Shown piece after piece: positions 1-13,434 of a DNA stretch of 64,000 nt. The position numbers and the translations under genes are program-made. Below the pieces are notes generated by a model that saw only the letters and a list, made by a program, of their open reading frames with translations, was not told where the DNA came from and did no database searches. The DNA is from Podarcis pityusensis (lineage: Eukaryota), in the NCBI GenBank assembly GCA_964106645.2, contig OZ067038.1, one strand, 5' to 3'. Position 1 is the first letter of the stretch. Every line of letters begins with the position of its first letter.

Positions 1-210
1 CCTGCAGTGGCTTCGTGATCACCTGGATGGTAGATTTCTGACACACACAGGGACTTGTAACTGCCCACTTCATCCTCAGCAAACCAAGGAGCATTGCAGG
101 TTCCCTTGGCCAGATTGTGTGCTTACAAGTGACCATGTAAATAGTGGTTATCTGTTGTGCTCAGAGTGCAACTACCTGTATGCAAAGGGGTTGGATCACT
201 TGTAGACAGC

Positions 211-227
211 AAATAATAATAATAGTA

Positions 228-265
<38 letters not shown>

Positions 266-907
266 TATACTTACACCCCGCCCAACTGGCTAGGTTTCCC
301 CAGCCACTGGGCAGCTCCCAACAGAATATTAAACAGAATAAAACATTAAAAACTTCCCTAAACAGGGCTGCCTTCAGATGTCTTCTAAAAGTCAGATAGT
401 TGTTTATTTACTTGACATCTGATGGGAGGGCGTTCCACAGGGCGGGCGCCACTACCCAGAAGGCCCTCTGCCTGGTTCCCTGTAACTTTGCTTCTCACAG
501 TGAGGGAACCGCCAGAAGGCCCTCAGCGATGGACCTCAGTGTCCAGGCTGAACAATGCGGGTGGAGACGCTCCTTCAGGTATACTGGACCGAGGCCGTTT
601 AGAGCTTTAAAGGTCAGCACCAACACTTTGAATTGTGCTCAGAAGCATACTGGGAGCCAATGTTGGTCTTTCAGGCCCGGTGTTATATGGTCTCGGCGGC
701 CACTCCCAGTCACCAGTCTAGCTGCTGCATTCTGCATTGGTTGCAGTTGCTGGGTCACCTTCAAAGGTAGCCCCACATAGAGCGCATTGCAGTAGTCCAA
801 GCGGGAGATAACTAGAGCATGCACCACTCTGGCGAGACAGTCCGCAGGCAGGTAGGGTCTCAGCCTGCGTACCAGATGGAGCTGGTAGACAGCCGCCCTG
901 CACACAG
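211..907 (-). mobile_element. 5'-truncated L2-clade LINE (RT C-terminus, 3' end, (TTA)n tail)
   Basis: Minus-strand ORF 639-938 has the L2 motifs SRLDYCNAL, QNAAARL and HWLP. (AAT)n at about 212-260 is the tail. An imperfect direct repeat cacttgtaga(c/t)agc at 197-210 and 920-933 looks like a target-site duplication. Confidence 0.85.
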
Positions 908-1399
908 AAAGGATTGATCCACTTGTAGATAGCTTCAACCTTTACTCCGAAACACCTCCCCATCTCTTACTCAGTGAACCTTTCTATCCACAAGTGGGTC
1001 ATCTCATTCAGAACCCAAATGCAATCCAGACTCACCCTGGTCTACCTTTACCTTCTATTGTTAAGGGGGTCTTTATCACATGGCAGGGGTCCAGACTCCC
1101 ATGTAACATCCCCCCCAGTGCCTCCCCTTCAGAATTACCCCACTAGACTGGCCCATTCCTTTCTTTATTTGTCCTAACCCAGATAGCAGTTGCTGAGAAC
1201 TAGGACCAGGTGGTCCCCCCCCCCACAGACTTCTTTTTATTTCAAGCAGTCCAGGCAGCAATGGCTGCTTTGGGGGAGCAGAGATGGGTGTTGCTTGCAG
1301 CTGCCTCTCATTTGACCGCCACATGCTCCCTGCTGTCCTCTCCTCCTGCATCTTCAGAATGTTGGCCCCATATACATGATGCTGTTACTGCACTTTGGG

Positions 1400-2450
1400 C
1401 CTTGATCCACTTAGCTATAGAGGTAATTGTACAAGACATAGAGAGGGGTGAGGGAAAGACTTAATGGGATGGCAACATACAGAGAAACATTCTTGTGCTG
1501 TCGTAGGAAATGACACCTCCTTTTTTTCATCCAAGTGCTGACTCATGGGCGAACCATGATTGAAAGCTGAATATGGGTGAGCCCTCCGAATCAAAATCCT
1601 GAGCTGAAGAACTAACAATGGCTGGCAAATCTTGTACTCTGTGGGAGGTTTGGACTCCCACCATAAATAGTTCCCTCCTCCGGTTGGTTGTCATGGAGTG
1701 ATTTTGGTTCTGCATCTACTGCTAGCGCTGGCCAGGTATTCTTACAATGAGTTCCATCTGTTGAAAGGGCTGTGTCCTTGTGAGCTAGATAGGACCCGGC
1801 CACTGCAATCCATTCTGCCTTCAGTTTGTACAGATGGGGCAGCCCACCTCTTGCTTGGCAAGGCAACTAGGTGCACTTTATGTCACTGCTACAAAATTTC
1901 CATTGGATTCCTAAATGTTGCCATAGCAAAAGTCAAAGGGCAGATTCTAGTTTCAGAAAGCCATGAGCAGTGTGCTGTAGAAGCAAGAGCCCTTCCCCAC
2001 AATTCCCGCCCTCTTCCCTGGCATCAACCTAGAGTGCCTTCAAAACACTGCCATCTTTGTGCCAAGTTCCAGTTGCAGAGGGTCCGCAGGTAAGTGATCT
2101 TGTTTGCTGTTCCCTGGTTATGGAACTGACTTCCTGTAATCCAGCGCCTGAGGATCTTCCAGAAATAGCTAAGGTTGTCTTTTGATGGCTACAGTTCAGT
2201 CAGAGGGCATTATCAGTTTCACTGTTATTACTTGTAGCAGAACATAATTTATAGCAGTGTTTGCCACAGTGCAGTAAGTTGTTCCTGTGTGGAGGCAGGG
2301 AAGAAGCAATAGTGGGTTTAGGAAAGTAGCCTTTCCGGGGGCCTGTGCCAAGGCTTGAAGCACAGAGCTATGGTGCTGCAGACAGTTTTGCCTGAAAGCA
2401 GCCATCATGGGTCACCACTGTGCACTCTGAACCATTGAACTAGTGCTGCC
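1400..2450 (-). mobile_element. Possible highly decayed Gypsy-type gag/protease remnant
   Basis: Fragmented minus-strand translations give weak gag-like (LTFAMA) and protease-like (DFDSEGSPI) words in the expected order. There are many stops and no intact ORF. Confidence 0.3.
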
Positions 2451-2693
2451 CCCTCTTTTATTTTTGCGTTTTCTGCTCCCCCCCCCCACCGCTGCTTCCT
2501 CTTTCCCACTGTTCCCTGCTAGTGGTTTCTGATCTCTTCAGTGCACTGTACCTGACCCTATAGTTGTTTCCTTTTGCTCTCAAATGATGCCGCAGGGCTA
2601 TCTTTCCCCTATCTCACAGTACATTTGCTAATACTTCTAAATCCTGCTTTCCTGTCATATTTTGTTCTTTTTCAGGTTCTAGTTTTTAAAAGT

Positions 2694-2733
2694 GTTTGTT
2701 TGTTTGTTTGTTTGTTTGTTTGTTTGTTTGTTT
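2694..2733. repeat. (GTTT)n microsatellite
   Basis: Direct reading. Confidence 0.95.
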
Positions 2734-3529
2734 AAAATTGTGTCTGCTATATTGTAGCATGCAATAAGTTTCTTCATGATGTAATTTGTTTTGGTGAGAT
2801 TGTTGTAGATTCATCCATAGTGCTTTCCTGTATGTAAATTGCTTCACAGCTTAGGAGTGTTTACATGCAGAGTGTTAATCTATACACTGAATAGTGCCCT
2901 TTCTTAAGCATTTTATTCTTACCTGTCTTCTGTCTAACTGGCTTATTTGGACAAATACGGAGAGCTTAGTGAATTGGTTGAGAGAAATGCCAACAAAATC
3001 AAGAAAACTTAATGTTGATTTCTCTGGCCTTTCTGCATTACTGTGGGCTGTGTGACTGACACATTCAGATCTTCTGTAATGCAAGAAGATGACTTTGGCA
3101 CAGATCTTTGGCTGCTTCTAAATGCAACTTCAGTTCTGTCAAGTTGACAACTTGGATCTGAAGCCTAACTCGTAAGCTCTCTTTTCAGTCATATCACAAA
3201 TCCTCAACTCTAGTACTGACTCCAGTGTCTCGCTTTTCCCCACCCTCCATTATATTTCAGAGTGTTTTTAAGGAAGGAGTACAAAGTTTGCCAAAGACAT
3301 TAGTCTTTGTAATATCAGCATGCTAGACTACCATCTTTGAGCAGTTATATAGATTGTATGCTTAAGGCACATTTCTGACATACATTAAAGCTAATTTCAG
3401 TAATACAGCAACTTACGTCTGAACATTTTTCTCTCTTAACCTCACAAATCTTAAACACATGAGTAGGTAAAGGTAAAATTAGCCCTTGGAAACACTTCCA
3501 GAAATGAGCAGTTGCTCTCACCAGATTGA

Positions 3530-4057
3530 GTGGTTTTAATGCCACTCTATTCTGCCATGGTCAGACCACACTTGAAGAACTGTGTCCAGTTCTGGGTGCC
3601 AGAGTTTAAGAAGGATGTTGACAAACTGGGACATGTGCTGCAGAGGAGGGCAACAAAGTTGATCAAGGGATTGGAAGCAAAGCCTTATGAGGAATGGTTG
3701 AAGGATCTGGGTATGTTGAGCCTGGAAGAGAGGAGACAGGAGATATGATAGCCATCTTCAAATATCATAAGGGCTGCCACATAGAAGATGGAGCAAGCTT
3801 ATTTTCTCAGGCTTAGGAGAGTAGGACCCAAACCAATGGATTCTGACTAAACATCAGGAAGAACTTTCTGACAGTAAGAGCTGTTCAGCAGTGGAATGGA
3901 CTCCCTCGGGAGGTTATGGACTCTCCTTCCTCGGAGGTTTTTAAGCAGAGGTTGGATGCCCATCTGTCATGGATGCTTTAGTTGAGATTCCTGTATTGCA
4001 GGGATTTGGACTAGATGACCCTCTAGGTCCCTTTCAACTCTACAATTCTATGATTCT
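3530..4057 (+). mobile_element. CR1 LINE 3' fragment
   Basis: ORF 3530-3748 ([19 protein letters not shown]...[19 protein letters not shown]) is the CR1 RT C-terminus. It ends in the CR1 tail attctatgattct. Confidence 0.92.
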
Positions 4058-4118
4058 GTGGCATAGAAGCTGATACAGGTTGTGATGCTAGTTCACCTTG
4101 CACACGAAACAATGTATT

Positions 4119-4122
<4 letters not shown>

Positions 4123-4152
<30 letters not shown>
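4123..4152. repeat. (GT)n microsatellite
   Basis: Direct reading. Similar CA/GT tracts occur at about 9638-9673, 12979-13002 and 35659-35695. Confidence 0.95.
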
Positions 4153-4155
<3 letters not shown>

Positions 4156-7009
4156 TGTGAAATACACATGCACAAGTGACGTAACCTAAATGTTAGCTTT
4201 GACGAGATATTCTCAGCTAGATTACTGTTTCTCCCAGAACTCCATTCAGGTGATCCATGGAAAGGTTTTGGAATCGTCAAGAATTTCTGACTCCAGCTCT
4301 GCACTTGATAGATTCTCTCCCCTGCCCCACAGATGATGGATAATCAGGACTGTTTTGATTAGGGCTGGATTATCGAACAGGCTAACAAGGCCCTAGCATG
4401 GACCTAAGATTTTCATAATATGGTGTTGGTGCAGCCTATTAATTTTTCCCTTTGAAAAATCAGTTAAAGTGGCCTTTCTCAGCATCCTGGCTTAGGGCCT
4501 GTGGTTTTCATAATATGGCATTGGTATTGATACTGATACTGACACTGAAGAGATAAGCTCATTTTATTAAGTGGTCAGCAGAGACCCTAGCAATTTTAAA
4601 GTCGTCCATAGAGGGGGGAAATTAGAACTGCTGGCTTATGCCTTGTTAGAAAGTGCCAGCTTCACAAACCTTGTTTATGATAATAAACCTCAGACATGTA
4701 CCAAGGGCATTTGCACAATTTACAGAACTACATCTAACAAGTGGCTTAATTCAAGTGATCAAACCATAGTTTGGAGGATCACGAATAAGCCATGGATTCA
4801 CACATAGGCTCCTCACCCCATCCCATATGACGTGTGGCTTTCCCCCCCTGTTTAGTACAGTCCATATTTCTCCACGTTCTGAATATGCAAAGTTTGGGAA
4901 TCAGTTTCAGAAATCTGTTGGTGTGTTTCTGATTCTCCTTTTGGAAGGCAAGCACTTATCAGTTAGCTAATTCAGACATTGTGACAAACTTTGGTTAGTG
5001 CTAAGTAGGTAATGGGGGAAACCATACGTGAGTAGACTGGGAAAAGGGGAAGGGAAGTCTTGTGTGATTAGGAGGGGAATGAGGAAGTGCATGCAACTGG
5101 CGCTCATTTATGTTCCTCCAAACAGTGATTCCATGGTTTGGTCGATCAACTTTGTAGTCTCAATGTGGGTTTCCTAAACTGACCATTAGTAGCAAATTGC
5201 ATTCCAGTACCAGTTTTATCTTCTGTTCTGTTAACTTTTAACATATGTATAATGCACATCTAAGAATTTTTAAAGGTTTTTTTATTTCATCTTTTAGTAT
5301 GTGAAGATGAGATGTGTGTTTGTCTTCTAGGAGCTGAAAAAGAAACATCTTACTTAACAAATGCAATTTTTGTATGCTGAATAGTTTGCTTTAATGCAGT
5401 GGTACTCAATTAGTGCTGTGCTTTAGATAAGACGATAGTGCTAGCTTACTTAAATTCGAAGGGTTATTTCAGTTTATTTCCCTGCCCTAAACCAAAAAGT
5501 TCCAAGTAGACTTTTTGTTTAAAAGTATTAATTTTTAAATGCCTTTTACCATGGTGGATGTAGAATAATCCATCTATCTTCATTAAGGCAAATAGCCTTG
5601 AAACTTGCGGTTTTTCTGTTTGTGGCTTAGAGATGCATGCCTTTGCTTGTCAAGATAAATGTATTATTCTGTAGCTGTCTCCCCTCCCAGTATGGGTATT
5701 CAGGTTGCATAGTAGACCTGACCCAAAGCAAACAAATTCTCCAAGGATAAAGAATAAAATGTGCATACTCCTAGGAATCTCTTTTCCAGAGCTAAAATTG
5801 ACATTTTTATAAATAATTTCCATGTAGCAGACCTCAAACTCACAATCACAGCAATTCAGTGATATGCATTTGGCATGAGTCAGTTTCTGTTCTTAGTGCT
5901 TTTCATTGGAAATGGCATAAAAAGTAAGATTTCTCTGAATTTTTTATGTTGTGGGCTTACAGGGGACCAAAGATGTTCTTCAGTTGTGGTTGTCTGAGTG
6001 TGCATGGCAGCATAAATAACGAAGTGGTCATAAACCTCAGCTGCGCTTCAAGGGTCATGTGTTCCATTTAATTTTTAAAGAATTTAGAAACCAACTAAGC
6101 AGTTGATAACAGGTCAGTTGCAGGTGATAAAAGAGATTTTAGATGGGACATTACTTCTTCTGCACCTAGCATAGCTACATTATATCCTTTGCAAAGAATT
6201 TCTTATGCATTATTATGTTTCTTCATAAAACTATGGCATGAACAATAGCTAGATGACTGAATTGCAACACAATACATTTTTGAAAGAGCTTCTGTATGTC
6301 GTAGGGTTTAGTGGGGGGTTGTTGGGTTTTTTGCTGGAAATATATGCCAGAAATAGCTTCTTTTCTGAGTAACTGAACTGAATTAACTGATTGCAGTTAA
6401 TCACCTTAGACGTTAAATCTGTATTTGTAGCATGCCCTCCCCCTGAAATGTTGTTACCTCTGATTGTGTATAGATATTTTAAAAAGTTTTTTTATTTTTA
6501 AAAAAATACCTTCAAGTATATAAACACTTGTAAAAGCTATAATTCCACTGGAAGGTCTTGGATTCTTAAAAACACAACAATATATTAGAAAATAGATTTT
6601 AAAAAGTAGTAAAAATATTCCCTTTACTGGTCTATAATTAATCATATTGAAAGAACTTATTAGGATGATAGCTTGTTAAATGGATTATTTCATGATTTGG
6701 ATAAAATGTGTATAGATGGAAATTCAGTTGAATGCTAGATTTTGACAAAACAAGCAGTATCATGGACCTTTGATCAGAGGACAGCCGTTGATACAAATAC
6801 GGAATGTAGCTGTTTTTCATACAATTTTAAAACCAACACAGATGTATACATAGGTACAGTTTTTAATTTGTATTGACAGCTTCAAAATATTTAGTATCTA
6901 TTTCTAAACATTGCAATTACTAAACATGGTACTGAATTCCATGCATCCCACAAACTAATTATATTTGCAAGGTCAGAATGAATACACATATTCAGAAAAA
7001 AATATAAGG

Positions 7010-7485
7010 NNNNNNNNNNNNNNNNNNNNNNNNNNNNNNNNNNNNNNNNNNNNNNNNNNNNNNNNNNNNNNNNNNNNNNNNNNNNNNNNNNNNNNNNNNN
7101 NNNNNNNNNNNNNNNNNNNNNNNNNNNNNNNNNNNNNNNNNNNNNNNNNNNNNNNNNNNNNNNNNNNNNNNNNNNNNNNNNNNNNNNNNNNNNNNNNNNN
7201 NNNNNNNNNNNNNNNNNNNNNNNNNNNNNNNNNNNNNNNNNNNNNNNNNNNNNNNNNNNNNNNNNNNNNNNNNNNNNNNNNNNNNNNNNNNNNNNNNNNN
7301 NNNNNNNNNNNNNNNNNNNNNNNNNNNNNNNNNNNNNNNNNNNNNNNNNNNNNNNNNNNNNNNNNNNNNNNNNNNNNNNNNNNNNNNNNNNNNNNNNNNN
7401 NNNNNNNNNNNNNNNNNNNNNNNNNNNNNNNNNNNNNNNNNNNNNNNNNNNNNNNNNNNNNNNNNNNNNNNNNNNNNNNNNNNNN
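7010..7485. other. Assembly gap (476 N) within a PSMD14 intron
   Basis: Run of N. Confidence 1.
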
Positions 7486-7699
7486 GGTTTCCTTAAGCTA
7501 GCCAAACCGCTAATGGTTTTGTTATAAGCTGTCTACTGTTGAAGTGACCTCTGCAAAGTCTCAAGGCACTTGCACTAGGCAGGATTAAATCGTCCAGTTG
7601 GTGAAAAGAATTGCTGTATAGGACAACATGTAATAACAAAAAGCCACCTTGATCTGTATACTTTTTTTTTTCACTTTGCTGTTACACAGAGCTCTTTAT

Positions 7700-8200
7700 T
7701 CCCCCTTCTTAGGGAGAGGTAATTGTCATGTAAGCCTTTAGGCTGCATTTTAATGCAATTATGCATTGTCATGGTCAGAAGAAATTTAGAGGTCTAAAGA
7801 ACTCTCAAGTCCTTGCAAAAACAGAAGTGATATATCAATTTATTTCCTCTTGAATTGACCCTTGTGATATTGGCGTTCCAACTACTGTGTCCACAAAGTT
7901 TCCGCTGCTAAATTTAAGGTGACTGCACTGCTGTCACCGCATCACAATGAAATTCAAAGTACACAAACCTAAAGAAGGCTTGAGCTACTGCATATATCGC
8001 AAGTGCTCACCAGGGCTTTATCCCTGAATCTTACTGTAGCATAATTAACACCTCCTTCATCCACTGCTCATTAGTGCACTGGACATTAATGAGCCTATTT
8101 ATTTTGATACGATTATCTAAAGAAGGGACTCGTTTGTTCTTGCTGCGCAAAAAAGCAATTATAAGATTGCATAGAAATCAAAATGTAGGGTGTGTTGCTG
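7700..8200. promoter_or_regulatory. Candidate conserved non-coding element/enhancer in PSMD14 intron
   Basis: Repeat-free sequence dense in TAAT/ATTA, TGTCA and ATGCA motifs, with retained CpGs. Its position upstream of the 108-nt exon fits my recollection of an ultraconserved element in this human intron (unverified). Confidence 0.55.
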
Positions 8201-8480
8201 CATTTATGCTTTTTTATTGCATCCCAGATCTAATTTTAGGTTGCAGGTTGTTGAGCATGTTAGTTTTCCTTAAGACAGTTGCTATAGTGATCACAGTGAA
8301 TTCCTTTAATCTTGGTGTAGTTAAAATATTCTTTTTCTCATTGGTTGTAATGATGCTGTTAAGTAGAAGCAAAATGTCACTCAAGTCATATTTTTGTCCA
8401 GTAGTTTATTAGAAATGACTTTCTTAATTCCAAATCAGATGCCCTTATGCAATTGCTGTGCCTAGGCATAAAAGCCAGTA

Positions 8481-8705
8481 CAGTGGTACCTCGGGTTAAG
8501 AACTTAATTCGTTCCGGAGGTCCTTTCTTAACCTGAAACTGTTCTTAACCTGAGGCATGCTTTCGCTAATGGGGCCTCCTGCTGCCGCTGCGTCGCTGGC
8601 GTGCGATTTCCGTTCTTATCCTGGGGAAAGTTCTTAACCTGGAGCAACTGCTTCCTGCTAAGCAGAGTTTGTAACCCGAAGCATCTGTAACCCAGGGTAC
8701 CACTG
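8481..8705. mobile_element. Tc1/mariner-pogo (Tigger-like) MITE, complete
   Basis: TIRs CAGTGGTACC...GGTACCACTG flanked by TA at 8479-8480 and 8706-8707. Homologous copies at 9958 and 56437. Confidence 0.9.
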
Positions 8706-8897
8706 TATAATTTTCTCCAGGGACATATATCTGAGCACTGATCAACAGCACAGTCAGATAGGCAGACCACTGGTGATTATCAGAGACATAGAACTGCCTC
8801 TGTTCAAGGAGCAGCATGGAAATTGATTTGAAACAAAGCTATTGGATGAATGTCCAGGGTTCCCAAAGCGTTTGTGCTTGTATAGTTCCACCACAAA

Positions 8898-8911
8898 CCA
8901 CTAGATGGCTA
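8898..8911 (+). promoter_or_regulatory. Candidate CTCF site
   Basis: CCACTAGATGGC matches the core CCASYAGRKGGC. Upstream tatagttcc resembles the CTCF upstream module. Confidence 0.5.
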
Positions 8912-9635
8912 AAGGCATTTCCATAAACGTTGCCCAAATATGACCTTGTAAAACTGGGCCGCTGTAATCATAACACCGTTGTAAAACCTGATGCTTGGCC
9001 ATTGATTCAGCATCGTTTGCAGCAAGTGATTTTGAAAAGTGCATATGGAGCTCAAATACAAGTAGAAGCAATTTTGTTAGAAAACGCCATTGCAGTCTTG
9101 GATGGCTTCCATGTTTTCTAGTGGAGCAGTCAGAATCCATTCTAGGAGTGTAAGTGTTAGTACTCTAAAATATGAAGCACCTTTTGAATCTGATACACTG
9201 CCAAGTAATTGTATCTTTATCCTCAGTGTAAATTCTTTATTTGTGTTGTTTCCTATCAAGTAAGCCTCTAGAGGACTGCAGTGTAGAATATTTAGTTATG
9301 TTTTTACTTACTTTTTATTTATACTCCCTTTTTTGCTGTGGTTGGGCATTTGCAGGTGTTCATAAATTAAAACATCTGGTTCAAATGCTGCTTCAAGAGT
9401 TTGGGAAACTGATAAGAAACCAACGTTTCATAAAAAATACTAGATTTATAACTGAAATTTAAAAGCTGGCGCCGATCTCTAAAATACTAAGCTTTTGTAG
9501 TTGCTGTAACGGTGTCATACAGTTGCCTCAATCTAGGAAGGGAAATCTAGGCATGGGAATGACTTTTCACAGGGAAATCATCTTTCCATCATTTTTCTAC
9601 TGCATGCATAACAGGGACAGGGGTACCAGCAACTG

Positions 9636-9676
<41 letters not shown>

Positions 9677-9957
9677 TTATCAGAGGGGTACATGGCCAGT
9701 GTCTCCACAGTGTCAGCTGTGACTTTATTTCCTTCCTTGTCAGTTGATCAGCTCTGATAGTACAGGAGATAAGAGCTGGAAAAGGAATAGTGTCTGAGAA
9801 GCAACAGCCACAAGGCTGTGGTGGTGGTGGGTTGTTTAATTTATGACCCATCCTTCACCATAAGACGCAAGTGGGTTACAACCATTTAAAATACAGTGTT
9901 AAAAACAGTTTTAAACCATTAGTCACAAGGATAGAGTGGGTCCTAAATATAAATATA

Positions 9958-10186
9958 CAGTGGTACCTCACGTTACATACGCTTCAGGTTACATACGCTT
10001 CAGGTTACAGACTCCGCTAACCCAGAAATAGTACCTCGGGTTAAGAACTTTGCCTCAGAATGAGAACAGAAATTGTGCGGCGCCTGCACGCCAGCAGCGG
10101 GAGGCCCCCATTAGCTAAAGTGGTCTTCAGGTTAAGAACAGTTTCAGGTTAAGAACGGACCTCCGGAACGAATTAAGTACTTAACT
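9958..10186. mobile_element. Same MITE family, opposite orientation, right TIR missing
   Basis: Begins TA|CAGTGGTACCTC. The body is the reverse complement of 8481-8705 and near-identical to 56437-56678. It stops at aagtacttaac. Confidence 0.88.
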
Positions 10187-10189
10187 TAA

Positions 10190-10340
10190 TCTTGGGTGTC
10201 AAAGGCCAGGATAAGAGGTACATTTTTTGCATACATTGGAAACTGTATAGTGAAATTGCCAGATGTACCTCCGTGGGGAGGGAATTCCACAACTTAGGGG
10301 CTAATACTGAAAATGCCCCCTCCTGGGCTGTTAAGCACCC
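10190..10340 (-). mobile_element. Degraded L2 3' fragment
   Basis: Minus-strand translation AFSVLAPKLWNSLP is the L2 ORF2 terminal motif. Confidence 0.65.
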
Positions 10341-13197
10341 CACCCCACCCTGGGTCCCAACCTCTTGGTACATATGCGCTTGGGGTTTTCTTATCAGGAT
10401 TATACAAAGCATCAAGCCACCTCTTACATACTCTCATTTCTTTCTTCTCTTTTTAGTTGCTTCTGTTAGGAAGCACACAGTATATGCATATATTTGGATC
10501 TCACTGTCTGGAAATCTAAAGTAACTTTTTAAACCGGGTGGGGAACCCATCAAGTAAACGACAATGTTAGGTTAAAATTATGTATTTAATTAGGCCAGAT
10601 AATCATAAGGATAGAAGGAATGTGCAGGTATCTCTGCCCCCCCCCCAAGAAACCCCACCAAATATTTTTGCCTTCAGTTACATCTTACATTGGACAACTT
10701 CAGTTACTCTGTGGTACTAATGTGCAAATAATAGTTCTTTTTTGCAGACTACCCAAAAGAAATGGCGTGGTGCTAAGCTATTGGGCTTGGGGTGCAGGAT
10801 AGTGCTAACCCCTTTCAAGAAGCAGCAGGGGGCTGAGCATGGTGTAAATCTACCTACTAACTCCTGAGTTTTCATTCATTTAATGCAAGTTCTAAAAAAA
10901 ATGTAAGACACCTTTGTCCCATACTGTTTGGGGACTTTTTCTTATAGAACTAATTCCCCAAACTTTATACTTTTGATGGTTTGCTGTTTGTATAAGGACA
11001 CAGGTAGTTGCCTAAATCTGAGTCACATCAAAGATCCATCTAATTTAATATTGTCGACACAGACCTGCAGTGGCCCAGGGTTTCAGGCAGTTTTCTGTAG
11101 TCTTACCTAGAGATGCCAAGGATTGAATCTGGGACCCTTTGCCTACAAACTGGTGTTCTGCCAGTGAGCTACAGATGTCCCCTTTTGAGTTAATATCAGC
11201 CAACAGGGTTGTCACCCTTTGTAAGTCCTCCAGCAACCACATTAAGCTATGCAGGTTGCGAGCTGAAATGTGGGAGAAGGGTTCTTCAGCGTCTCTTTTT
11301 CTTTAACTTCATGATGATGAGAGCTTTGTTAATTAGACAGAACTTAAACATTTGATGTGTCATTCATTAGCAAGTGCTTAAAAAAACTTTGGTTCAGGAG
11401 TACAATTTATGCTTTTAATTTTCTGAACAATAGAATCTATAGTTGATGCTTACAGTGCAGTAGGAAAATTCCTATTTGTAGCTGTGTTTGTTACTCATTG
11501 GCCTTATGGCAGTGCTTACAATGAAGAATGACTTGCATCACATAATATTCCAACAATATACTCTTGCATTTGTTATTTCTCTCTTCTGCCATGTAGGCAT
11601 AAAGGATATGTAATCACCCAAAAGTTGTTTGTTCCACCCTCTGATCCAAACAGTTTAAACTCTTGTTTGCTGCCCTTTGGTACCCAGCTGAAGAGCAGAA
11701 CCGAACAGCTTCTGTAGCTTGGGGATTGAAAGAAGATAACCTCTGGATTTCTTTTGCTGACCTCTGGATTTCTTTTTAGCTCTGCTTATTTCAGTTCTGT
11801 GGGGTCTCATTGGTAATGCTAACCTTTGAATCATTGATTCTTCTTAGTCCATGCAGCTTTCCTACATTTTGGGAGGCCTCTTAGGAATGAATCCTGGCTG
11901 CCTCTCTCCTGTGCTCTTAATGTTTGCTTGGAGTCATAGTCTGATTCAAGCGCTGCTTCCACACAGAAAACATTGGCATTAGGAAGAAGCCTAAAAACTC
12001 TTGAGTGGTTCCTCATCCTGTGATCTCATGCACATCCTATTTAACTTGCCGCTGGCATTCCCCTAGTGGAGATGTGTGGTTGTGTGTTGATGCAATTGTC
12101 TGTTGGTATCATTTCCTAAGGCTCAGTGTGGGTTTTTGCCATGCTATTCCTACAAAATTGTAAAGCTGCAATATGCTCCTTTCCTTCAACACGCTTTGCA
12201 CATTCCTAGTAAATAATCCTGCAAAATAGGCTACTGTTATTATCCTCTTACCATGGATGGAGAGCTGAGAATGTAGCTGGTAGTTGAGGTGAGATAAACT
12301 GGGGGTTTTAGACTCTCAGCTCACACTACACTACACCGATTCTCTTTGCTTTGAGAAAAAGGAAAGTTGGATCACTGCTAAGCAAATCAGCTTGAAGGAC
12401 TGAGGCCTAAATTGAAAAACAACTTGTCTCTAGCATTGTAGTCCTTTGTGTTGGTTGCCCCACATCAGAATTTGCAGTGTCTGTTTTCGACCCACCGGGT
12501 CCTTTCTGAAGACTCCATAAGCAAAATCAAGAGTCGCCTTTATGGCTATGGTTTGAGAGCTCTTCAGGATTAAACAAAAATAAGTAAATAACAAAACAAA
12601 AACACCACCCCGAAAGTTGCCCACTGTATATTTACAGTTGTAAGTGACCTTGATTTTTGTTCCCTTCCCTTTTTTGGTTTTGCTTGGTTTTGCTCCTGGC
12701 CATGACACTGACAAGGTCGTCATAATCCATCCGACAGTTTATAGCCTCTTTCCTACTTGCAGGGAGTAAAAAGCATCTGACTAGAAGGGAATACATGGGG
12801 AAAGTTCCTTGCTGACTATAATTTTGTTGTCATTTCAAGTATTCCAGTGGTATAATTGATGTGACAGGACTGGGCTTTAAACATGGTCCCTTAGCTTGTG
12901 CTCACTTTCAGATTTAGTTTCCCTGTCATTCAATTTGACTAGGTAAGATGTAGGTGACAAACATGTTTTTAAAGTTACTGTGTGTGTGTGTGTGTGTGTG
13001 TGTAAACTTAAGCCATCAAAATAAGAGTGTATAAAACTTAATTTATTTTTTCTCAACTGCCCCAAAAATGTAGTAATTGGTGTCACTTTACAATACTCAA
13101 CCTAGTTGGTGTGCTGATGGCAGAGACAGCAGGTGGTTCTTTTTTATTAATATTATAATTAAATAATTTTCTGGAGAAAGGCCAAAAACAGATGTGA

Positions 13198-13434
<237 letters not shown>

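Noticed and set aside
6891-7505. ORFs of 204 and 178 aa
   Set aside because: They consist almost entirely of the N gap.
11738-11780. Short direct repeats (also 41539-41572 and 54693-54717) as array-like structure
   Set aside because: Two-copy slippage duplications. There is no repeat-spacer array or CRISPR-like structure.
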